Origin: Octopus sinensis
Taxonomy: Eukaryota
DNA: 64,000 bases
Direction of reading: 5' to 3'
Assembly: GCF_006345805.1 (NCBI RefSeq)
Contig: NC_043008.1
Location: 21,576,001 to 21,640,000 of the forward strand
The notes under the pieces are model-generated. The model did no database searches, was not told where the DNA came from, and saw only the letters and a program-made list of their open reading frames with translations. Position numbers and translations under genes: made by a program. Below, piece after piece: positions 52,973 to 64,000 of the stretch; position 1 is the stretch's first letter, and each line of letters starts with the position of its first letter.

Positions 52973-53193
52973 ATATCTATCTATCTATCTATCTATATAT
53001 ATATAGAAATAGTAGTTTGTACGTAGGTGATCTATTTCTAGCATATGGCTGTCCACATAGTGGTTTTAGCCCTTAAAATATACACATGTATGAGAATTTT
53101 CTCTGATTTTTCAGATTTTTGTATGCTAGGCTACTGGTTTTAAATTGATATTAATTAAATTAATATTCAATTTATCTCCCTCATTATTTAAAT

Positions 53194-53258
<65 letters not shown>

Positions 53259-54010
53259 TATATATAATTTGTGATGTTGTGTGTGTTGCTTGTCTGTGTG
53301 ATGTCTGGTGTAGTGGTGTAGTGGTGGTGTGGTGGTGGTAGTGGTGGTGGTGGTGTGTGTGTGTGTAATTGCCTGTTGTCTGTATTGTTTATTTTCCTTA
53401 TATTAATGTTTATGAAATAAAACTATCATCGCTTTGTTTCAGCTAAGGTCATCTTGTTTTGTTATCCAGATAACATCAGCGAACGTGTAACTTTCGTAAC
53501 ATTGCGGAATTTTATTTGAAAGTGACTTGGCTGCTATTTCTTACAGCAGAGTCAGTGGTGATATTTAATCGCATTCATTTTCAGCTACTTCTTTGTTAGT
53601 TATACAGAAATTAGAGGCAGGTTATTGTTACTGTTCCCGGTCTTTCTTGGCCTGAAATCAAGAACGTAGCCCAAGATCACGTGCTTTGGCATGAAATAAA
53701 GGAGATAGCACTAGATCACGTCCTTTGGCCTGAAGTGGTTGCTTCCTTATTCTGCTTACACAGTAATGGGGTCTAACTAAATTACCACTGATACTGCTTG
53801 TGAAAACACTTTGAATAACAGTCAGGCGCAGAAACGGCTGTTAAGAAGCTCGCTTTGCAGGCCCACAGTTTCACATTAAGTACCACTATGCAGCATTTTT
53901 TGCGAGTCTTTTGCAATAGTCCCGAGCCTCTCAATGCCTTGAGGATGAATTCGGTTGAGGGAAACTGTGTGGACCTCCATCATATATATACGTGTGTACA
54001 CGTGAGCCTC

Positions 54011-55312
54011 CGTGAGTGTCATTCCTAGGTCTGCTATTGTGATGTCTTCTCATACTTGTTCAGGTAAGCTTTGGTAGGATCCTTCTGTGTGTCTAATCTA
54101 GTCTGTATTTTTATAGTAAGTCTTTTCATCACCCCAGATGTTTTTCCAGAAGTTTTCAACTTCTTCTATAGCAGCCGGGATGGTGGGGAGGTCTTCAACG
54201 GTTATTTTCTTCTTCCCTAATTCTCTGTAGAATGTTTTCGTATTGGATGTGAACTTCTTATTTTGCTTATACAATTTGTTTCTTTTCTCAAATCTTCGTA
54301 TTCTTTGAGCTTTTGCATGGATTCTTTGCTGCAGTGTTTCTTTTGCTGAAAGCAGTTCTTCTCTTGGTGAGAATCTATGTTTTCTTTTCATCTTTCTTCC
54401 TTTCTTGACTTTACATCCATTCCACAGATTAGTTCATTCAATATTGACATTTCACCTCTCATTATTTAAATCTCATTTTCAGTTTTACTTTTCCAGCTTG
54501 GAATTCCCAGGTTTGTATTTCTTTGTTCTTTCAGAGGCATACAACTGGTTTCAATTGTCTTAGCAGCTGCGTAAATAATTTCATATAATTCAGTGAAATC
54601 TGGTTTTAGTTCTTGTATAATTTCCTTTGTTACAGAGTTTCCAATTTTAATTTGTTTTCTATTTTCGATTGTATTTGAGAGATTATGAAATGGTTCTCTA
54701 TCATGCATATTGGCATGTCTTACAACTACAAGCTTATTCAGGATTTTATGCTTCCGTTCTATCATAGGTTATGTTCTTCAGTAAATGTGTAGTCTTCATA
54801 TATTTTCTTTACTACTTTCCTCGTTGTCTTTATCAGATTCATTACAATTTATTCTCTAGATGTTTGCGTGTTCTGGTCAGATGGCAATCTTTCGATTGAC
54901 ACTCGTAGAGAGTAGCTCTCTGTGACTGTTTTTCATTTCCTTTCTGTCTTATATTTAGGTCATTTTACGCGGCGTGCTTCATCGCAGTTATTTCAATATC
55001 TGTGTGTTTTTTTTAATTCTGAAGATATCCCTCCTAACTTTTGGTAACTTGTTTTCGTCCACTTATCGCCTGCTATCCTGATTTCGTGTTTTCTATATTT
55101 GATAAGAGTGTGCGGTGTGTTCTTCTTCAGATGGCTTGCCTAATGTGTAGTAATAGGCGTTTATTACTTTTGTACACTCTTCTCGGGTTCATTTGACCTC
55201 TTTCATTTTACTTTCAGCGGTGAATAGGTGGTGGACTTGGAGGGCTCGAGTTGGGGCAGCTCCCATTCAAGGGATCATCCAGGTACGTATTAAGAGAAGG
55301 GTTTGTGCCAGT
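54011..55312 (-). mobile_element. R4/Dong LINE internal 5'-half fragment, older, lacking RT and endonuclease
   Basis: Reverse complement aligns to ~1540-2835 of the first copy (ccccaactcgagccctccaag, aaacctgattttactga, HAKAQRIRRFEKR); TAA-rich tract at its 5' junction. Confidence 0.88.
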
Positions 55313-55343
55313 GAATTATTGTTATTATTTTTATTATTATTAA

Positions 55344-55380
<37 letters not shown>

Positions 55381-55750
55381 GTTGTTGTTGTTGTTGTTGT
55401 TATTGTTTTTGTTGTTATTATTATTATTATTTTTAATTTAAATAATTGACAGTCTCATCTGTCTTGAAAGCCCGTGTGTTAGATGAAAATATTTGCTTGT
55501 ATAACAATCTACGTTTTATTTGACTGAAATGAAGAACAGAGAAATGTTTTATGCAAATGCATAATAAAACGTAATGCTTCTCCGAAAAGCAACGTCACAA
55601 ACAAAAGCAGAAAAGGAAAAACGCAGACGACCGAAGCATCACAAATCATAGAATACATCAAAAGGGATATTTTTGAATTAATACGGCATTAAAAGGGTGT
55701 CTAAAATCACTTTTTATCGTTAAGTAATTTTTAAATCAGAGATAGGGAAT

Positions 55751-55803
<53 letters not shown>

Positions 55804-56425
55804 TAGAGAGAGAGAGAGAGAAAGATACTGCAACTAAATTAAAATACTAGAATCGGCATTATGAAATTGGTGTTGTTATTGAATCGGCACGAAAGCTCCG
55901 TTCTGGAGATTTTGTAGCAGAATAAAAATAAATGGAGGCTTAATATCTATGCATTTTTATTCATTTATTCGAGTCAGAGGCAATGTAAAGTCGCTTTAAC
56001 CACGAATAGAAACCGTTTAGGTGTCTGAATCCACTGAGAGCGAACCCAATGCTTTCTATGGCTTCCTCATTCAAACTTTTTTCGGAAATATGCCCTCGAA
56101 TTAGTAGAAAGTTATAATCTCGTACCACACACCTTGCGCAATTTAGATGTGTTCCATCACTTTCTGTTTTTAAATCTAACTTGTGGTAACATAGTCTTTG
56201 CTTTGCATACTTTATTGATCGACAGTCGAAACTCCAATAAGGTCAATCAATCATTCGATATAGATCTATAACCTGCAGGAGCTATATACACAGAGCAAGC
56301 GACAAAACCTCCGACCACCATGAAAACCATTTATCAGTGAACGAGGTCTGAAAGATCCGGTTTGCTAATTGAGATTTTCCGTGTCATCATACAGTGTTTC
56401 AAAAGACAGGTAACCTGGTAATTGC

Positions 56426-56467
<42 letters not shown>

Positions 56468-57104
56468 AATGCAATCTTTGCTTCAGGTGTGGTTTACTGT
56501 TACGTTCTCTGTAAGGAGGCCTCTCATCTTTTCACAGGTTTTATATTTAATTTTTTCCGGGTCATACTCATTCTTTCTCCATCTCATAAACTGGGAAATA
56601 ACTGAGGCATATTTAGTTACCTCCAACTCGACCATAGCATGCGCAAGATGCCCTCTCTCCCAGCATTTATGTCCTTTGGAAATATTCCATTGTCTACGAT
56701 TTTCTTAAGAAATGTGTCATCATGGTATGCCAAATCTAAAAGATTTAATTAATTAATTAATTACTCTATTTGTATGTATGCATGTTTGAACTATGCTTGA
56801 ATGTATGTATGCATGTATGTATGTATGTACGTATGCATATATGCATGTAATTATGTATACATGTATGTACGTATATATGTACATATGTACATATGTACGT
56901 ACGTATGTATGTATGCATGTATGTGTGTATGTATGTGTGCATATGTATGTATGTACATATGCATATATGTATGTATGTATTTATGTACGTATGTATGTAT
57001 ATATATGTATGTATGCATATATTTACGTATGTATGTACGTATGTGTGTATGTATGTGTATGTATGTATGTATGTGTGTATGTATGTATCTATCTATGTGT
57101 ATGA

Positions 57105-57462
57105 AGACGCATGACTTAGTGGCTAGGGTTATTCCGCTCACAATAATAAGGTGGTGAGTTCAATTCCCAGCGACGCGTTGTGTCCTTGAGCGAGACACTT
57201 TATTTCACAGTGCTCCAGTCCACTCAGCTGGATAAAAAACGAATTGTGCCTGTAATCAAGATTGTAATTCGTCGCATTTTGTAATCGTAATTGTAAATTG
57301 TAATTCATCGCACTTTGTGTCGCCGTGCACCTCCTTGAGAACTACGTGAAGGGTATGTCTGTCTGCGGAGTGCTCAGCCATTTACAAGTTAATATCACGG
57401 GCAGGCTGTTGTTGCTCGGGTCGACTGCAACGCTCGTCGTCGCAAACGACGGAGTACCAGCT
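57105..57462 (+). mobile_element. SINE family B-related
   Basis: tRNA head gcgcatgacttagtggctag...gagttcaattcc; tail ctcgtcgtcgcaaacgacggagtacc. Confidence 0.78.
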
Positions 57463-58030
57463 GTTGTTGTTTGTAGGTAACCGCAGTGGAATAGCAAAAG
57501 ACATTGTACAATGGGAGTAAATATACATTGATGCAGTGGCTCTCTAACATTCTTAGCTCATCCATCTTTTAACCAAAAAGCGTTTACAAATATCCTTTCT
57601 CATATTTAGCAGAAAAAAAAATTACTTAAAATTCTAGTCAATTATTGGGGTTAATTTAATCGATTAACCTCCTCACAAATTTGTGATCTTTTTGCAATTG
57701 TTATAAATCAATAATGTTGATTGATGGAAACAGGGATAATGAAAAGTATTATTATTACGATACACATGCTTTTCCAAAGGACATTTCAAAGAAACATGAA
57801 CCGAACCGCATGTTTTGATCAAAAACTTCGATCATTCAGTTGAACGTTGTTTATCATTGACTAGGTAACAAGCCGTTCCAGGTTTATTGGAAACCAATTA
57901 GGATGTTATATTATTCATACTTTTCGCAAAGTATTAGCAATGTGAGAACAATGGATTCAGATAGAAACACTAAAACCATAACCACGGCTCACCAGAAGCT
58001 GACATCTCATAGTACTGCACACATTAACAT

Positions 58031-58439
58031 ACTCTCTCTTTTACTCTTTTACTTGTTTCAGTCATTTGACTGCGGCCATGCTGGAGCACCGCCTTAAGTC
58101 GAGCAAATCGACCCCGGGACTTATTCTTTTGTAAGCCCAGTACTTATTCTTTCGGTCTCTTTTGCCGAACCGCTAAGTAACGGGGACACAAACACACCAG
58201 CATCGGTTGTCGAGCAATGCTAGGGGGACAAACATAGACACACAAACACACACACATATATATATATACATATATACGACGGGCTTCTTTCAGTTTCCGT
58301 CTACCAAATCCACTCACAAGGCTTTGGTCGGCCCGAGGCTATAGTAGAAGACACTTGCCCAAGGTGCCACGCAGTGGGACTGGACCCGGAACCATGTGGT
58401 TGGTAAACAAGCTACTTACCACACAGCCACTCCTGCGCC
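58031..58439 (-). mobile_element. SINE family A, full length
   Basis: Reverse complement of the 39022 family. Confidence 0.9.
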
Positions 58440-59194
58440 ATCTCTCAGTTTCCTATAAAATTAGTTGAAAGGGTTTAATAAGAGCAATTTGTTCAGCATA
58501 AAATTGTTTATGTTAGACCAGGATATTCTGTCTACCTTCAGGAAGTTATATTTTCCTGTGTTTTCCTAATTAGATAAAAATATATCTTGGTGAGATAGAA
58601 CATGTATTTTCAGAACAAAGTAATTTATTTTAAGAAATATGGAGAAGAACGAAACGGCTTCGGGTGAAGTTTGTCAGATGTCAGATGATTTTGTGCTGCA
58701 TTACCTCATTCAGTTAAATGCTAAAGCTAAACTTTATCTCCGCCTGTTCTTGTGCAGGTGACAGATAAGAACCGACCTTTTGGTTGAGGCAATGAACATG
58801 ACTTTATATTCATATTGTGTTGTAAGTGATTTTGAATGAGCGTTAGCAAATTGGCAATCAATCACAGAACTGTGTGAGGGGATGAACTTAATGAAAATGT
58901 CTGAGACTATCTTAACTAAGTTGATGTGATTGTATATGCCACAGGAAAATCAGATTGTTGTTGCGTACCATTTTGAGTATTATTCAACTACGGACAAACA
59001 CAAAAGTACGAAGCAAAGGAGAAGCTAAAAATAGTATAAAATACAACCAGTCGTTTTTTGCGAGCGTATCTATAGCTTGGTAGCATGTACCAAACTTTCG
59101 GTAATTGTTTTAGATACACTTATGGTCGGGAACAGACATAGCCACCCTCCAGGCGCTCTCAGCCTTTACTGTGATAAATTCAGGAATATGAGAG

Positions 59195-59335
59195 CGGTGA
59201 GTGAGAGCTCTTCCAGCAGCCAGTAGGGCACTTATTTACGGCTGCACAGGCTGGAGCAACGTGAAAAAAAGGTACCCTGCTCAAGGACAAAATACGCTGC
59301 CGGTTTAAGTATTGAGCCTGCGACCTTGTGATCAC
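59195..59335 (-). mobile_element. SINE family B/C-related partial copy
   Basis: gctggagcaacgtga...gctcaaggaca...gcctgcgaccttgtgatc. Confidence 0.55.
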
Positions 59336-59392
59336 CTTGTAAGTTGTGTATCTAGTGCGTGTGTGTGTGTGTGTGTGTGTGTTAGAGAAATG

Positions 59393-59720
59393 GTGAAGGC
59401 ACGTGGCTTAGTGGTTAGCATATTCAGCTCTTGATCATAAGGTCGTGAGTTCAATTCTCGGCAGTGCATTGTGACCTTGAGCAAGACATTCTATTTCACC
59501 TTACTCCAGTCCACTCACCTGACAAGAGTGCATTGTACCTTTACTTCAAAGAGCCAAACTTGTGTCACGTTCAGGTGTCACGCAGTATCTCCCTGATAAC
59601 TACGTTTACGGTTACGCGTATCTGTAGAGTACTCAGCCACTTTTAAGTTAACTTTATAAGCAAGCTGATTCATGGATCAGATCAACTGGAACGTTCGTCA
59701 TCGTAACCGACAGAGAACCA
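59393..59720 (+). mobile_element. SINE family B-related
   Basis: gaaggcacgtggcttagtggttag...gagttcaattc; tail gttcgtcatcgtaaccgacaga. Confidence 0.78.
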
Positions 59721-60180
59721 GTTATTAGCAAAATATTGTACTCGGCAAAGAAAATTGAAAGAGTATATAATCTGTCGAGCACTTCAATAAATATGTGAAT
59801 CGGTAAAATAATCACTTAATAATGTACAGTCGTCGTCCTTATCTTGAAAGGTCTTGAAGGTAGCACCTCAGTATTGCCGTAATCCAACGGCAGAAACCTG
59901 CAAAAGATGAAGGAAAAAAGTAACAAAGCAAATGACATGATCAAAGCCAACGTTGAGATCTAACGACAAAATGCACCGCCAAAAGCGATCGGTTAACTTT
60001 ACTTTGAAATTGAACTATATCTGATCTGACATCGATAGCCGACAGTCAATGGAACTGGACCAAAGGATTCAAGGTGTCTTGCAAAACCGAAGCAGTAGAT
60101 TTGAACTCGTGATTCGAAAACAAGTGGTCAAATTCCGTGTTAAGTCGAAAATCTATTGTTGCATTTAATAAATAAATAAA

Positions 60181-60683
60181 TGTGCCTTTTAAAGCCTAGC
60201 CAGGCTCATGGGACCGGTTTCCCGGTTTCAGTGGCGCATGATATCCCCAGCTGGACGGGACGCCAGTCCATCGCAGCGTTACTCATATTTGCCAGCTGAG
60301 TGGACTGGAGCAACGTGAAATGAAGTGTTTTGCTTAAAAACACAACGCGTCGCCCGGTCTAGGAATCGAAACCACAATCTTACAATCATGATGCTGACAC
60401 CCTCACCACTTAGCCATGCGCCTCCACTAAATAAATGCGCCCTTTTAAACCCTAGCGAGGGCCATGGGCCCGGTTTCCTGGTTTTTATGGCGTATGTGTA
60501 CCCCAGCTGGACGGGACGCCAGTCCATCGCAGCGTTACTCATTTTTGCCAGCTGAGTGGACTGGAGCAACGTGAAATGAAGTGTTTTGATCAAGAACACA
60601 ACGTGTCGCCCGGTCCAGGAATCGAAGCCACAATCTTACGATCATGCTGCTGACACGCTAACTACTAAGTCACGCGCCTCCAC
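60181..60683 (-). mobile_element. Two head-to-tail copies of tRNA-derived SINE family C
   Basis: ~250-bp units 60181-60426 and ~60434-60683, each with tRNA head, gcgatggactggcgtcccgtccagctgggg core and TTTA-type tail. Confidence 0.85.
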
Positions 60684-61284
60684 TATTCTTACATTTACGG
60701 AGAGAAAAAGAACACATTAGAAAACCAGAAAATTATGTGGTTTGGCTAAATAGTAAAAGCAAGTTGAGGATAACAGAATAATCAAGGATAATAAAACTTG
60801 ATATTTGTATGTCCTCATTCTTCTATAAAACAATTACGCTTGACAGAAGACTTTAACTTGTAAACAAGATTTCTATTCTTATCTCTTTTTCTTTGAATTC
60901 GTTTTCTTTATGAAGAAAAGTATTAAAATGTCTCTCAAAAGAAAATAAATCATAATTCAAGAGTTTCTTAATAATAGTCGTGTATAGTATTACATACATT
61001 TATGACTTGGAGCTAAATGTAAATTTAGATGAATTCGTGGGAGGTAGATGGACACACGGATGGCAAAATCGCTAAAGGAATATTCAGTTTCGATCATTTA
61101 CTGTCTTAAATTTCCAAGTCTGTGGATGTTAATACAATAGCAGAAACCTACTAGGTTGCGGCGAGAAATTACATCGGTTGTCTGGCAACAGGCGAAGGAC
61201 TTAGGGGAAAGATACAATGAAGTGGCTACGACTGAGAATTGGAATCGGTTTGCGGGCGAAAAGCATAATCATGAACTCGGCCAC

Positions 61285-61511
61285 TTACTCGTCTTTTATC
61301 TTTTATTTCTTACTTGTTTCAATCATTTGACTGCGGTCACCCTGGGGCGCCGCTTTGAGGAATGGAATTTTAGCCGAACTTATCGACCCCCAGGTACTTA
61401 TTGTATTGCTTTGTAAACCCTGGTACTTATTCTATCTGTCTCCTTTGACGAACCGCTAAGTTATGGAGACGTAAACATCCCAACACCTATTGTCAGGCGG
61501 TGGTGGGTACC

Positions 61512-61560
<49 letters not shown>

Positions 61561-61720
61561 ACCTTTATACACGACGGGCTTTTTCCAGTTTTCGTATACC
61601 AAATTCCACCCACAAGGCTTTGGTCAGTCTGAGGTTCTAGTTGAAGACACTTACCCAAGGTGCCACACACTTGGACTGAACCTAGAACCCTGTAGTTGGG
61701 AAGCAATCTTTTCAATTTCC
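61285..61720 (-). mobile_element. SINE family A, diverged
   Basis: Tail tcttacttgtttcaatcatttgactgcgg; head gaagacacttacccaaggtgccacac. Confidence 0.8.
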
Positions 61721-62062
61721 TCTGTATTTTGATTGTCATTTCTTGACAATTTTGGTCGTCTAATTTTCGATTTTTTGTCGTTCTGGCCATGGACTTTTGA
61801 AATATTTTCAGAAGTAATATATCCAGAACTTTCTCGAATATGATCTTGTTTTATGTCGGCAGGTTGAGATTTAACGGCCATATTGCTGCTATATGTAGCA
61901 GGTCGACCAACTGACGATCGTCTCCCTTGTAACATTGTCTCAATATTTATATGAGTTGAGGTTTTAATTTATGCTGTACTTTACTTGTCATACTAATTCT
62001 CTTGGAAATCTATTTCGGGAAAGATTATCTTAATATCAAAGAAAATGTATTCTTAGTCTTCA

Positions 62063-62375
62063 GGATGTGGTAGCCGTTTCGCATGCTCCCTCTCCGGAAT
62101 CGAACCCTGATTCCCCGTTACCCGTTGCCACCACGGTCGGCACTGACCGGGCCGTCGACAGTTGATAGGGCGGACTCGCGGGGGACCCGTCGCGCGAAGG
62201 CTAGTGCGATACTAGCCCGTGCGATCGAACTGACAGTTATCCAGAGTCACCGAAATCGAAGGGCGTGAAGCCGCCGCACGCCTAGGACCCGCGCACGGAA
62301 GGCGCGGCGGCTGCTACGACGGCCCGTACGCGTCGGTCTCAGTCTAATATTTGCGCCGCGACCAATGCGGAAGGC
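62063..62375 (-). rRNA. 18S: Dispersed 18S rRNA fragment (V2 to pre-V3 region), not a functional gene
   Basis: ggatgtggtagccgtttc...gctccctctccggaatcgaaccctgattccccgttacccgtt and agttatccagagtcacc are reverse complements of conserved 18S segments; GC-rich expansion between them. Confidence 0.92.
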
Positions 62376-63369
62376 CGAATCTAATTCTTTGGTTTTATTT
62401 TTGTGCAAAGTTTATATGAAATAGCTGCTTTATAAACTCGTCTTTTCTATGTGATACTGTATCATATAATGCTCCATGTGAAGTATTGATACGGTACTTT
62501 GTAGTAAATATATCATCAACGTACAAGAAAGTCTTGGTCTTGTATGATTAATGAAAAAATTCGGGGAGTCAGTTTCACAGACATCATGATTGAATATTAA
62601 ATGAAAATGATATATTTTTCTGTGGTTTGTTATACTTAGTGTTTACGAGTAATTTCCGTAATATATTATTAAATGTTAAAATATAACATACACACACATA
62701 TACATATTATGTTTTGGTATATAAACTATTTTTACAACGTATTCGTCTATCCTGTAGCAACATAGCTCTTATATAATCATTTATGTGTGGTCTGTTTTTG
62801 TTTTTAATTAGTTTTGTGTCTGTTGAAGTTCTGTAAGTAATCGGTTCTGGAATCATATTGCTTTAGTAAACCGAAATATAATTGGGATTGTATTGTTGTA
62901 TAGACAGACTTATTTGCAATTTTCTGTTTCCTTTTATCGATCGACGTTTCTTTTATTCTATTTATGTTTATTTGTTAAGCTTCGGTTATGTGGGACAAAC
63001 TAAAGACTACTAAAATTATTACACAATGGTATAATTTACATACGAACGCCATGGTTGTAATAAGCGAGTAATGAGCGATATTTTAGCCTACATTGAAGAC
63101 TACGGCTTTTGGTAGTTAAAACTTAAATTTGGTATACTACAATCTCGTTTAATTTCCCTTCTCTTAATGTCACAGAAAATTAGGATAAATTCTAGTTATG
63201 GATATCATTGACATCCAGAAAGTCGGATAATGTAATCTTACATTACCTAAAATCGGCAATTTTGCTATCGCCCTATAAATATTGAAGATAAATACCTTGG
63301 TTACATTTGCTTCCGTTCCAGCTGCTTTGAAATTTTCATAACGATAAAGAAAATTGTTTTTTTTATTAT

Positions 63370-63480
63370 TATAGCCCGAGGCATTAATAGAAAGCACTTG
63401 CCAAAGGTTCCCACGCAGTAGGACTGAACCATAAACCATGTGGTTGGGAAACAAGCTTCTTAACACGCAGCTATGCAAGC
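63370..63480 (-). mobile_element. SINE family A head fragment
   Basis: agcacttgccaaaggttcccacgcagtaggactgaaccataaaccatgtggttggg. Confidence 0.7.
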
Positions 63481-63701
63481 ACCTATATATATATATATTA
63501 TATATATTACCCGAAATGTATAGTATTAAATAGCCATCACGGTTGATCTTACCAATCGGTTTCACGTAAAGAATACAATGGAGTGTAAGGTAACAATCCT
63601 ATTATGTAACTTTACGCTCATAAGAGTTAGCAAGCATGGAAGGGAATATGGCGATTGTTGTCCATTGTTGGAGGTGGATTAGCACAACCGGTCAGCAGCC
63701 G

Positions 63702-63764
<63 letters not shown>

Positions 63765-64000
63765 TATACATACATATACACACACACATATATATATCTA
63801 AGGGTGGTGAAAATTTAATATTAATTTGATTAATATCAATTGAAAACCAGTGGGGATATTGAAAAATCTGAAGAGTCAGAAAAATTATATTACATATATA
63901 TAACTTAGATGACCACTAAGATACAAAATATAAAGATTTAATATTTCATTTGTGTTGCTCGCTTATGTTCTGGCGTTTGCAAAATTTTCTTGAGAGCAAT

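Noticed and set aside
56480-56710. Gag-like zinc knuckle in a minus-strand frame (KCWERGHLAH)
   Set aside because: CCHC spacing incomplete and no supporting neighbouring domains

Overview
Repeat-saturated, AT-rich eukaryotic nuclear DNA. The SINE families, the GC-expanded 18S fragment and the extreme microsatellite load point to an octopus or other coleoid cephalopod (inference). I found no host protein-coding gene I can support; most ORFs in the supplied track are microsatellite artefacts. Mobile content: (1) four copies of an R4/Dong-type RLE LINE, all touching (TAA)n, including a near full-length 3.9 kb copy at 1317-5253 whose inspected frameshifts are 1-nt deletions; (2) five fragments of a second RLE LINE family, all touching (CATA)n; (3) RTE, Gypsy-integrase and Helitron fragments; (4) a complete IR/DR Tc1, a mariner and two MITEs; (5) about 25 tRNA-derived SINE pieces from at least four families; (6) an 18S rRNA fragment. 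The most notable signal is a set of type-I hammerhead ribozyme motifs of the Penelope-like/retrozyme kind, from about four unrelated sequence families. All have palindromic helix III and GUA/GUU cleavage triplets. They include a family with a recurrent A6-to-U core change and a ~270-bp palindrome (13190-13462) carrying a hammerhead on each strand. All structures were folded and aligned by eye and need computational confirmation; many boundaries are approximate.
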